A stretch of 63,907 nt of DNA, filler included, from Octopus bimaculoides (Eukaryota): the NCBI RefSeq assembly GCF_001194135.2. It is 6 parts of 4 records of this genome, joined end to end, with 100 filler letters (N's around TTAATTAATTAA, not from the genome) between each part and the next. Parts side by side here need not be neighbours in the genome. Positions count along the whole stretch, not along the records: positions 40,961 to 58,682 come from NC_068985.1; positions 58,783 to 62,637 come from NC_068985.1; positions 62,738 to 63,907 come from NC_069004.1; 3 more parts are not named here. One strand, written 5' to 3'. The notes beneath the pieces were generated by a model. That model was not told the origin of the DNA. It did no database searches and saw only the letters and a list, made by a program, of their open reading frames with translations. Both the position numbers and the translations under genes were made by a program. Shown here piece after piece: positions 52,340-63,907 of the stretch. Each line of letters starts with the position of its first letter. The first letter of the stretch is position 1.

Positions 52340-52800
52340 TATATACATACATACATGTACATACTTACATATATATGTATATACACATGCATATATGGGT
52401 ACAGGACGTCAAAACACGTAAACAACATGAAAAACGATAACATGAAATACAAAAACATGGAAAACGAACTTTTTTTGCGAACAACGAAAGAAACGACTAG
52501 AAAAACGAGACAGGCAACATAAAGAATAATCCCTTCATCAGTTGTTCATTGTTTTATCTACTCCCACTCGAAATTCAGAGTAGATAAAACGGTGTACAAC
52601 TCATGAAGAGATTGTTCTTTATGTTGCCTGTCTCGTTTTTGTATCTGTTTCTTTCGTTGTTCACAAAAAGTTCGTTTTCCATGTTTTTGTATTTTATGCT
52701 CTCGTTTTTCATGTTGTTTACGTTTTTTGACGTCCTATACCCATATATGCATGTGTATATACATATACATGTAAGTATGTACATGTATGTATGTATGTAT
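52340..52800. mobile_element. Foldback/palindromic element (about 220-bp arms, 14-nt loop)
   Basis: Centre gttttatctactc-ccactcgaaattca-gagtagataaaac; arms gggtacaggacgtcaaaa..gagacaggcaacataaagaa / ttctttatgttgcctgtctc..ttttgacgtcctataccc. Confidence 0.9.
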
Positions 52801-52822
52801 AAGTGCACACATATATATATCA

Positions 52823-52868
<46 letters not shown>

Positions 52869-53652
52869 NNNNNNNNNNNNNNNNNNNNNNNNNNNNNNNN
52901 NNNNNNNNNNNNNNNNNNNNNNNNNNNNNNNNNNNNNNNNNNNNNNNNNNNNNNNNNNNNNNNNNNNNNNNNNNNNNNNNNNNNNNNNNNNNNNNNNNNN
53001 NNNNNNNNNNNNNNNNNNNNNNNNNNNNNNNNNNNNNNNNNNNNNNNNNNNNNNNNNNNNNNNNNNNNNNNNNNNNNNNNNNNNNNNNNNNNNNNNNNNN
53101 NNNNNNNNNNNNNNNNNNNNNNNNNNNNNNNNNNNNNNNNNNNNNNNNNNNNNNNNNNNNNNNNNNNNNNNNNNNNNNNNNNNNNNNNNNNNNNNNNNNN
53201 NNNNNNNNNNNNNNNNNNNNNNNNNNNNNNNNNNNNNNNNNNNNNNNNNNNNNNNNNNNNNNNNNNNNNNNNNNNNNNNNNNNNNNNNNNNNNNNNNNNN
53301 NNNNNNNNNNNNNNNNNNNNNNNNNNNNNNNNNNNNNNNNNNNNNNNNNNNNNNNNNNNNNNNNNNNNNNNNNNNNNNNNNNNNNNNNNNNNNNNNNNNN
53401 NNNNNNNNNNNNNNNNNNNNNNNNNNNNNNNNNNNNNNNNNNNNNNNNNNNNNNNNNNNNNNNNNNNNNNNNNNNNNNNNNNNNNNNNNNNNNNNNNNNN
53501 NNNNNNNNNNNNNNNNNNNNNNNNNNNNNNNNNNNNNNNNNNNNNNNNNNNNNNNNNNNNNNNNNNNNNNNNNNNNNNNNNNNNNNNNNNNNNNNNNNNN
53601 NNNNNNNNNNNNNNNNNNNNNNNNNNNNNNNNNNNNNNNNNNNNNNNNNNNN

Positions 53653-53900
53653 AATCATCATCACCATTTAACGTCCGTTGATCATGCTGGCACGGTTTGA
53701 CCGGGCTCGCACGCTAGAAGGCTGCACCAGACTCCAGTCTGATTTGGTGTGGTTTTCTACAGCTGGATGCCCTTCCTAATGCCAACCACTCCGAGAGTGT
53801 AATGAGTGCTTTTACGTACCACCGGCACAGTTGCTATTTGCGTGACAACGGGGTGCTTTTACTTGCCACCAATTTGCGTGACACCGGTATCTGCCACGAC
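53653..53900 (-). mobile_element. RTE-tail-type repeat
   Basis: catcatcaccatttaacgtccg...ctacagctggatgcccttcctaatgccaaccactccgagagtg. Confidence 0.85.
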
Positions 53901-53971
53901 TACGATTTTGCACGGCTTGATGGTTCTTTTTCTCAAGCATGACATAATGTCACATGTCTCGGTCATTACCT

Positions 53972-54120
53972 ACGTGGGACCCAACACTCAAAAGGAAGTC
54001 ATCCACTTTGTCCCCGTGAGGCCCACCGCTCGAAAGGAACTCAACCACTTTTCCTCTGTGGGGTCCAACGCCCGAAAGGAACTCAGCCACTTTACTTCCG
54101 TGAGGCCCAACCCTCGAGAG
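53972..54120. repeat. 42-bp minisatellite, about 3.5 units
   Basis: cgtgaggcccaccgctcgaaaggaactcaaccacttttcctc-type units. Confidence 0.85.
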
Positions 54121-54169
54121 GCGTTCTTTACGTGCCACAAGCACGGGTGCTTCACGAGTCCTCTCAAGA

Positions 54170-55410
54170 ACGTCACATCATCAAAGGTCTCGGTCACTAG
54201 TCGTTGCCTTTGTGAGGCTCAAAGTTCGAAGATCACCACCTCGTTCCATGTCTTCCTGGGTCTACCTCTACCACAAGTTCCCTCCACAGTTAGAGATCGG
54301 CTCTTCTTTACACAGCTGTCCTCGTCCGTACGCATCACATGACCATACTAGCGCAGTCGTCTCTCTTGCACATCACATCTGATGCGTCTTATGCCTAACT
54401 GTTCTCTCAAGATGCTTACACTCTGTCGAACCTGCACACTGACATTGCACATCCAGCGAAGTAAACTGGCTTAATTTCTTTCAAGTCTACGCATGTCATC
54501 GACTGTCACAGCCCATGTTTCACTGTCATGGAGCATAGCTGTTCGCATACAGGCATCAGACAATTTGCCTTTCACTCTGTGAGAGAGGCCCTTTCTTGCC
54601 AGCTGGGGTAGGAGCTCTCTGAACTTTACCCATCCTAATCTTATTCTTGCAGTTATGCTCTCGGAGTATCCACCTCCACGACGAACTTTGGTTACTTGGA
54701 TAACGGAAGCTATCTACTACCTCTAATTTGCCTCCCTGGCAGTTAATGGAGCCTATTTTCTGCCCATTTCGAGCGTTTATTGTACTTGTGCATCTTCTAC
54801 ATACAAAAGCTAGTTTCCCTGTTAACCTTCCTCTAATATTGCTGCACCTTTTATGTATCCAAAGCTTACACTGGGTACATCTTATGGAGTTTCTACCTGC
54901 ACCTTTTCTACAGATTGAGCAGGGTCATCTACCTGAAGGGATTTGTGATTTGTCTGCCTTCCTATTTACTAAGGCTTTGGCTTTTTCTAGGTTAACACTA
55001 AGGCCATTTGATTCTATACCTCGCTTCAATACCTGAAACTTCTCTGGTTCAGGTAGTGATTAAGCTATAACAGCAAGGTCATCAGCATAGAGGAGCTGTC
55101 AGGGGCAGCCTGTCGTGAATTCCTCTGTTATTTCCTGAAGGACTATGATGAACAAGAGGGGGCTGAGGACTGATCCTTGGTGAACCCCTACTTGTACCCT
55201 GAATTCTTCGCTGTACTCATTGCCAACCCCAACCTTACTGGTAGCATCCCTGTATATAGCTTGCACAGCTCTCACCAACCACTCATCTATCCATAGTTTC
55301 CGCATTGGTCACCAGATAAAAGATCAGGGGAGCCTGTCAAAGGCTTTCTCCAAGTCAAAAAAGGCCAAGTACAGAGTTTTATCTTTGGCTATGTATTCCT
55401 CCTGCTATGT
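54170..55410 (-). mobile_element. 5'-truncated RTE-clade LINE (RT with PHD-like insertion)
   Basis: DLEKAFDR, GVHQGSVLSPLLF, YADD (55078-55089), C4HC3 finger, then RELLP..R*YGHVMR..GRGRPRKTW C-terminus; several stops and frameshifts. Confidence 0.9.
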
Positions 55411-55437
55411 ACTCTCTCCCTATATATGTGTACGTGC

Positions 55438-55505
<68 letters not shown>

Positions 55506-55552
55506 GCTACCAGTAAGGTTGGCAATGAGTACAGCGAAGAATTCAGGGTACA

Positions 55553-56044
55553 AATATATTTCATCAATAATATAGTGAGCAACCTTTAACTAACCTTATT
55601 AGAAACTGATCCAGGGTTGTGTCACATCGGCAAATACATTCAAGACATGGAAATTAGTTACTTTATAAAATATGTTGCTGTATAACATCTCTCTTTTTTC
55701 ACTTCCTCACTCTCTCTCTTTCTCTTGTGCACACACACATATACATACATACATACATACATACGTACATACATACATACACACACACACACATACACAC
55801 ACACACATATATATATATACATGCATACACACACATATATGTATGTATATATGTATATGTGTGTACGAGAGAGAGAGAGAGAGAGAGATAGAGAGTAAAA
55901 AATGAGAGATGTTATACACCAACATATTTTATAGAGTAATTAATTTCCATGTCTTGAATGTAATTGTCGATGTGACACAACCCTGGATCAGTTTCTAATA
56001 AGGTTAGTTAAAGGTTGCTCACTATATTATTGATGAAATATATT
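55553..56044. mobile_element. MITE with about 145-bp TIRs enclosing microsatellites
   Basis: aatatatttcatcaataatatagtgagcaacc...tataacatctctc / gagagatgttata...ggttgctcactatattattgatgaaatatatt; TA-flanked. Confidence 0.9.
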
Positions 56045-57099
56045 GATCGACCTCGGAAGATGCGAGGTCAATAAAATAAATGTGTGTTTTGAACGGAGAA
56101 CCACAAAATACAATTTCTAGTTTGGAACTACATCAACTTTCACGGCAATATCTGGTTTGTCGAAAATTAACGTTTCAAGAAACAGTTCGAACAAGAAAAA
56201 AATTATCACTGACTTCCAAGGGTAGAACATAACTATGAGTTTCACTCAACTATTTCGAGCATTACTCGACTGTAATGGGCCTTACTCAACTATATACATC
56301 AGAACGATGAACAAAACTCAGCTATGAAGAGCCATTACTCAACTACAATAAATATAGTACTTGCTCAGGAGATGAAGATATTAATAAAAGAGCACAATGT
56401 CGTTAAGCGATCTGTTAGAATTGCACTATATGGTTTTAAATAAAGAACACATTAGATGATATTGTCCTAGGTACTCTTAAACAGACGAGATGGTCACGAA
56501 TGGAATGCTTTTGATCAAAGATCTGCTATATCAAGACTGACGTGGGATAAACAACAATACAACCTATCAATCACGTGGATAATTTTGTTATTCATTTTCC
56601 AAAAAAGTGTTGATTGTATGACATCAGTAGATCGTACCATAGGTTCAAGGCTTCATTGAGGAATATTTCAGGTTTGTTAGAGTATTTCCAGGTTGGACAG
56701 AAATTTAAATATTTCTTGTGTCTGCAGAGAAAACCAAATCTTGCTGACAACGTTGAAAATATCGAGCATGAAACGATTATCAAAGAAATCTGAGGAGTTA
56801 GCGTGTCTCCCAAGATGGACGTTGTTCATACAAAACATAGAATGTGATTTGGTGTGATTTTCTCCAAATAAATAACATTTTATATTTAGAAAAATATAAT
56901 TGGAACTAGTCAAATCACCTTAAAGAATCGCGGTGAAGATCTTCAAGAGCTTTCTGTCTATTAACCTCACTTTTTAAATTTGCACTTACATCGCGTTTCG
57001 ATCAGTTTGATATTCCTGGATATGATCTTCACAAAGTTTTAAGTGTATAAAGTACATAAGAAACAACTAAAAACAAAATTATGGACACTCTTTACATAA

Positions 57100-57530
57100 G
57101 CACAGGCGTGGGTATGTGATAAGAAGGTTGCTTCCCAACCACCCACATGGTTCAGGGTTCAGCCACACTACGTGGCACCTTGGACAAGTGACTTCTACTA
57201 TAGCCTCAGGCCAACCAAAGCCTTGTGAGTGTATTTGGTTGACGGAAACCGAAAGAGAGGCTTGTATATATATATATATATATATATCTGTGTGTGTGTG
57301 CGTGTATGTGTGTGTGTGTCTTTGTGTCTGTGTTTGTTCCCATCACCAATGGAAAACGGTGTTGGTGTGTTTACGTCCCCATAACTTAGCGGTTTGGCAA
57401 AAACAGACCAATAGAATAAGTACTAGGCTTAACAAATATGCCTTAAGGTTGATTTGTTCGTCTAAAGAACACTTGAAGACGGTGCTCCAGCATGACCGCA
57501 GTCTGAAACAAGTAAAAGATAAACGATAAA
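57100..57530 (+). mobile_element. SINE family B, near full-length
   Basis: Head gtgataagaaggttgcttcccaacc..gggttcag, internal (TA)(TG)n, tail ggtgctccagcatgaccgcagtctgaaacaagtaaaaga. Confidence 0.9.
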
Positions 57531-58209
57531 AGATATAATGAATAATATACAAAAGCACAATTTTTTTTCAGTAAAACATCAAAGAATACATTAATCAGAT
57601 AGATGTTACTTCATTGAAATTAGGTCAATGGTCAGTGATCTTCCTGAAAGACTGAAAATTGTGCCAGAACATTTCTGACAGAGGGCGTGACGAGATCGTT
57701 TGAACTATGACTTCTTTCTTCACCTGTTAGTTGGTATTGCCCCCATCTTATAACAGAAAGGATATTATCAAAAAAGTAAAAAAGAAAGAAAAAATACAGA
57801 AGCTGATGTTTGATGAAAGACATTCATCACAAAGATTAAAATCGAGAATGAATTTTATATCAATCATTGGTATAGATGTTTCAAAAAAAATTAGCCATAT
57901 ACAATTAAGGAAAGAAATAATGATCAATATTCCACCAAAACTTGGCCAGAGTAGACAAGACGCGAGTATAAGTATCTTAACTCTGTGCTGCACCTGTCCT
58001 AACGAGAGACATCAAAGTGAAATGGAGACATTATACGGAATCTTTTTCTTGTGACTGAAGAATAGGCCAAACTGTAAATCATCCGCTGGTTCAGGCATTA
58101 TTGGATCCCTTTGTTGTCTGGAGTGAGACATAATGCTAAGAATTTTCTATATGCTATGCAAAAGTTGAGAGATTTAAATAAAAATGATAATAATAATAAT
58201 AATAATTAT

Positions 58210-58682
58210 AATCGTAAACACACGTGTTACATCAAAATCAGACCATCTCCGAACCCACACACCATGTACAAAAAAATTACAAACAGATTAAATAACACCG
58301 GTATTATTCCACCCAAGAATAACAACCGAGAAGTGCGTACTGTAAGCTTGTTACGCAAAAAGTACGAAGATCTGAACGTGCAAAACAATCTGACAACAGA
58401 AATAAACGAACCGGTACCCTACGAAGACGATGAACGTCAAAATAAAGGGCCGGACGTTGTTCCTCATGTCCCGCAAACAAAATAAAAACGGCATAAATGG
58501 ACACGTGAGGAATACATTCCGATTATACACGCTTATTTCACAGCAGTGCTCTACCCAAAAACGAAAACGCAACAACACATACATATAAAATATGGAAGAA
58601 AAATAATCTAAATAAAGACCTCGATAAAACAATGAACCCTAACAAACTGGCTAACATAAGAAGATATATTCTAAAAGCAAAA
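58210..58682 (+). mobile_element. R4/Dong-clade LINE 5' region (N-terminal Myb-like domain), cut by scaffold join
   Basis: Starts after (AAT)n; one stop, then KRHKWTREEYIPIIHAYF..TYKIWK..NPNKLANIRRYILKAK. Confidence 0.65.
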
Positions 58683-59691
58683 NNNNNNNNNNNNNNNNNN
58701 NNNNNNNNNNNNNNNNNNNNNNNNNNTTAATTAATTAANNNNNNNNNNNNNNNNNNNNNNNNNNNNNNNNNNNNNNNNNNNNTATATATATATATATATA
58801 TATATATTCAATGTTATTTAAACGCTACATACCAATTATGGACTTCCGGTAACGCATGCGCAATGATATACAATAACCTCTTGTACACTGTTCCCGCCCG
58901 GTGTGAAGTTTTTGGAGAATTGCAACGTATTTTTAGGAGTTAAGTTTAGCTTTCATGTGTCATAACTTATAATCTTCTTGTTCAGCCGCAGTGAAACCTG
59001 ATCATACATATGTTAGGTGATCAAAATTGTCTCTATATAACCTTATCCTATTTACATTTACATAGCATATTGTTATATTTCGGGACGGGCATGTTTTCCT
59101 TTGCCTAATAAACACACTCACTACATATTCGGTTTTTACTTCAAATTGATTTTATTATTGTTCTTATCTTGTGCTCTATGTATGGAAATCTTTCGTCACG
59201 GATCCTGTGACCTCTTGAGTAACTTTCTATAACAAGTCACACGACGTTTGATGAAAGATATCTAGACATAAGACATAAAATAATATCAATGATAAAATAA
59301 ATCTGAAGTGAAGAATGAATATATTGTGTGTATGTTTATTAGGCAAAAACTAAAAATAACCATCACAAAATATAACAATATCTCTTTCAACACACGATTT
59401 CACGTCAAGCATCTTGAAAAACAAATACACAAACGTAAAAATGAATATAGCATTTAAGTGTATATTATCCGATGTGCTCTTCGTTCACGAGAGGATACAT
59501 TCAGAGCTGTGGGAGATTTGGTAGCTATATCTATAAAGAAAATCGGTCAGTAGGTGCTATATTTTTGAGTCCTATATAATATAGCCATTCCATTGTTTTC
59601 GAAGCGTTCCTAATAATGGTGCCATGTCTGAAATTGAGTGTTGCTTTGCATGCTTGTTTCAAATTTTCGATATAGCATGGAAATCGTTAGA

Positions 59692-60040
59692 ATATATTTA
59701 AGAGATGAGGAGTTAAATACATTATTTACATTATTTACAATTCACGGGCATATGGCGTAGTGGTTAAGAGCGCGAGCTGCTAACCCCGATATTCTGACTT
59801 CGATTCCAGGCAGTGACCTGAATTATAATAACAGTAATAATAATAATAATAATAATAATAATGATAATAATAATAATAACAACAACATCAACATCGAAAA
59901 ATACCTTAGGAATGAGAACCAAGCTTCGAAATTTCCCCAGAGACCTGATGAAGGTTGGAGGGTATATGAGCCGGAACGTTGTGTTAACAACAAAGAAGAC
60001 GACAAAATCCGTCAAAATGTAAATAATGTAAATAATGTAT
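59692..60040 (+). mobile_element. Second copy of the tRNA-headed hammerhead repeat, with inverted tail upstream
   Basis: gggcatatggcgtagtggttaagagcg at 59746; decayed core ctgatga..ggaacgtt at 59940-59985; 59692-59740 is the reverse complement of the element's 3' tail. Confidence 0.8.
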
Positions 60041-61117
60041 ATTTTTCATGTGACAGTATTTCATTGTTCGCGGAGGTGTACAAACACGCTGTAATGCCGA
60101 CGATGCCTTTTAAATGAAGGTTATTTTCTTTTAAAGATTTCTATATATTCTCTTTAGCTACATGATGACATAAAATTTACTTCTCAGGTGCTATCCTACT
60201 GTCATCTAATTTAAGGTCTGAATTGTTTATCTTACCACTGTGTTAATATGCTTTTACCGACCTTAACAGTTATCCCACTAAAATTACACCCTACCGACTT
60301 TAAAAACACAATTGAGTAAACAAATCAGATGCAATTTTGCCTATAAAACGAGTTGGTCATAGCACTGCAGTATATGTCATTTCCATCACAGACAACTTAA
60401 GAAATAATACTCTTCTATTACAAAATGGATAACTACAAATCGGATACGAATGAGTTCGGTCCTTGCTTCTTCATTCGATATACTATAAAGAGCAGATAAA
60501 GCCCTGAATCCGTCTAGAATGTTACAACTTGAATGCATTTTGACATAAGTAAGCTCGTTGGTTGTTAAAGTGAGGGTAGATTACGCATAAGAAGTAATTA
60601 TTTGCACCATGCTTTCACAGTTTTAGAATATTCATCAACTGTGCGACAGTAAATGTTAAAAATAATGAGCAGGAGCAGCAAAACTTTGAGATTCTGCATA
60701 CCAAATTGTCATTTATCATTCCACACAAAACAGGTATACGAACATATCCATTCTAAATTGATGAATGGCAAGAATTTACAGCATGAAAATTTTCTAAATC
60801 CATGCCAACAAGTAACATTTACAACTATTTCAAGTGCCATAATTTACAACTAGAACAAGAATGACACAGTATGATGTGCTTGGCATCGAAAAATATCTGT
60901 TCGCCAGTTTAGGGTTATAATTTGAAAATAGAAGTTTTCTCTTGAAATAGGTATTTGGCAAACCGCCTGACTGCAAACTTCAATATTCTCTCTAACAGAC
61001 TATATGTCTATGTATAAGACATCATTCAGCACCTACACTCATCATTGTCTATAGCTCTACGCATGCCACTATTTCATTATTATACTCGGTCACATACACA
61101 CATACACACACATATAT

Positions 61118-61163
<46 letters not shown>

Positions 61164-61974
61164 CAACATAATGCGTATACGCACATATATATGTATGTGT
61201 GTGTATGATGTGTGCCTGTGTAGTCGCCTGCATTGGTGAGTATATAAATAGGTAAATAAATATTATCACGTACAGGACAATACCGACGAATGAAAAATAT
61301 GTAAACACACGAGAGGACAAATTACCAAAAACATACAATAAAAAGAAGGCATCACCAACGAGTGAAAAATGCGTAAACACATAATGATAACCAAGTACGG
61401 GATAAAATACTAGAAGAAGTCTAACCCCTATTCCGTTGTTGACTGTTAATTTCGAGTTTTCAACGATAAGATAGGAAACCTTCATAAACAGCATCATGTA
61501 AAAATGTTAACGATATAAAATTTGTGGAGAGTTAGAGCTTCGAACAATCTAACAATGAAAGAATGGGCGTACAGAGTAAACAATAAACGAAGACAAATAT
61601 TAAGGGCTGTTAGCCCAATACGCATTTTAATGGGTAACGCCTGAGAGAAATTCTGAGTGTATTTAGAATAAATAGAAGAGAAGAAAATACTAGAAGAGAA
61701 AGAAAGAGAAAAAATGTGGGAAGGCGAGAAAAGTGACGTCCATCTAAGTGGATGTCACGTCATGAAAAGACAGGGGACAGCGAAGGAGGAGAGGAGGAAC
61801 GGAAAATATAGAGGATTATAGAGGGACAGTGAGAGAGAAGAAAGAAAGGGAACAAAAAGCAGAGTCGCAGAAATTATAAGTAAAAGTAAAAACTTACTGT
61901 GGACAAGGCTGCGTGATATATACATACACGCATACCTACACACGTACATACATACATACACAGACACACACACA

Positions 61975-62041
<67 letters not shown>

Positions 62042-62051
62042 NNNNNNNNNN

Positions 62052-62117
<66 letters not shown>

Positions 62118-62204
62118 TAAATATATATATTTTTATAAAACAAGATTTTATAAAATATATAGTATCTGTTAACAGTCTTAGCAAAAACCTCACAGGTGAG
62201 TTTT

Positions 62205-62255
<51 letters not shown>

Positions 62256-62739
62256 CTTAAAAAATAGAGTGAATTGTTTGTTTACATTCTGAAGGAAGAT
62301 AACAGTGGAAGGTTGCGTACTTTCACCCGCTTGTATGTATGTGTTTTGCTAGTAATGGTAGTGTTTGGTGATGGCAATGATAATGCGACCCTGAAGAGAT
62401 GGAGTATCCGGCAATTTATAATTTGTAATTTGTAATGTGTTATAATATGTTATAATATTTATTTTATGAGGCATTTTATGATGTGGTTTATTTATCCTGG
62501 ATACTGTATCGAAATGTGCATAGGTTTGGCTTATTGTTGTTGTTTCTGCTATTATAATTGTTGCTGCAATAAAGTATCTTCAATGCATCGATTTTGAGCT
62601 CTATTTTTTAAGATATATATATATATATATATATATANNNNNNNNNNNNNNNNNNNNNNNNNNNNNNNNNNNNNNNNNNNNTTAATTAATTAANNNNNNN
62701 NNNNNNNNNNNNNNNNNNNNNNNNNNNNNNNNNNNNNGT

Positions 62740-62972
62740 GGTGCTCTTATGTTTACTGTATTGAAAGTGTTTTGCGTAGAATGTGTGCAGTACCCAGTAG
62801 TGCAATTTTCTGTATGTTATATATATTTGTAAGTCCTGGTGTTTTTGTTATGTATTTGTCTGAATATTTTTTTATTATACCTAAGGCACCTACTATGATA
62901 GGAATTGTTTCTGTTTTTAGATTCCACATTCGAGTTATCTCTATTTCCAGGTCTTTGTATTTTGAAAGTTTT
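62740..62972 (-). mobile_element. R4/Dong-clade LINE extreme 3' fragment
   Basis: KEMEKLSKYKDLEIEITRMWNLKTETIPIIVGALG..IQKIALLGTAHILRKTL; preceded (on minus) by (TAA)n. Confidence 0.9.
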
Positions 62973-62980
62973 TCCATTTC

Positions 62981-63037
<57 letters not shown>

Positions 63038-63039
63038 CA

Positions 63040-63740
63040 TTATTTTATTGTCTTTGTACAGTTTCTTACGCTGAAGATATACTAAGGTGTCAGCTGTTCA
63101 CTACTAGTAAACTAAGGTAGCACCACTTATTTTTCGAGCACCATTCGAAGTTATCGAGCGGTTCCAAGCAGTGCTGTTTTCTGCAAGTGCTCTACCCTTA
63201 TTACAGCCCCTATTTGTCCCATGTAGTTTTCAAGAATTTTACTCACTGTTCCCAGGGCTTCGACAATTATTGGTACTACTACCACCTTTTTCAGCGATCT
63301 CCCAAGCTAACCTGTTATATCTATCGACTTTTCTTTTTTCCTTACCACATACCTTGTTGTCAGCTTGGCATGCTATAGCTATGATCCAGCATAGTTTGCT
63401 TTCTTTCTCTACACTATGTCTGGTTTCCTATTCTCTATCTTATGGTCGCACTGAATCATAAAATCCCATAAAATCTTCCCATTATCATTTTCGATTATGC
63501 CTTCCGGTTTATGTTCGTACCACTTTTTTTACTCTGTCAAGTCCATACTTGTTGCAAAGTGTCCAATGGACAATACTTCCTATATTGTCATGACGTCTCT
63601 TATACTCTTTCTGGGCTAGTGGTGTACATTGACTGGTAATATGTCATAAGGTCTCACTATTTTGTCCACAAATTCTGCACTTATATATTTTCTGTTCTGT
63701 ATTTTATGTAATTGGTTCATTGTTCAATTACGTAACTGGT
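63040..63740 (-). mobile_element. R4/Dong-clade LINE 3' fragment (CCHC and RLE)
   Basis: Manual translation CRICGQNSETL*HITSQC..AQKEYKRRHD..WDFMIQCDHKIENRKPD..PIIVEALG..LQKTALLGTAR; (TAA)n on both sides. Confidence 0.85.
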
Positions 63741-63750
63741 TCATTATTCA

Positions 63751-63819
<69 letters not shown>

Positions 63820-63907
63820 TTATGTTTGACTTTTGTTTTGCATTTGTACAAGTTGGATCCAAGTCTCACCCAGAGACCTCAAAAGACAACAAGTTAGAAG
63901 TTCATGT
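63820..63907 (-). mobile_element. Probable 3' UTR of a further R4/Dong element entering from the right
   Basis: rc gtcttttgaggtctctgggtgagacttgg.. ending directly in (TAA)n at 63745-63818. Confidence 0.5.

Noticed and set aside
52525-52545. CTGATGAAGGG on the minus strand (also 26608) as a hammerhead core
   Set aside because: No downstream GAAA or stem I partner.
14931-53700. Long ORFs containing X runs (e.g. 16291..17604, 29202..30149, 52603..53700)
   Set aside because: They span N gaps and are artefacts.
56590-58060. Short ORFs 56592, 56677, 57731 and 57748
   Set aside because: AT-rich chance ORFs with no motif or consistent splice structure that I could support.

Overview
AT-rich eukaryotic genomic DNA, dense in microsatellites and transposons, with many N gaps. 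The repeat repertoire resembles a coleoid cephalopod, probably Octopus; this is inferred from recall of the families, not from a search. Five 100-bp gaps carry an artificial TTAATTAATTAA linker, so the window is stitched from six scaffold pieces. Almost all ORFs in the supplied track are microsatellite or gap artefacts. Supportable content: (i) decayed R4/Dong-clade LINEs, mostly abutting (TAA)n tracts, including a stack of three at the right end; (ii) RTE-clade LINE fragments, one with a C4HC3 PHD-like finger inside the RT, plus many copies of an RTE-tail-type non-autonomous repeat; (iii) a near full-length dead mariner, a mariner fragment and a Penelope GIY-YIG fragment between long inverted repeats; (iv) three tRNA-derived SINE families; (v) several palindromic MITE/foldback elements, including one with a perfect 9-bp TSD; (vi) a tRNA-headed repeat carrying a minimal type-I hammerhead ribozyme motif; (vii) a probable unidentified multi-exon host gene on the minus strand (about 22.7 to 7.7 kb), within whose span old repeats show strong CpG decay.
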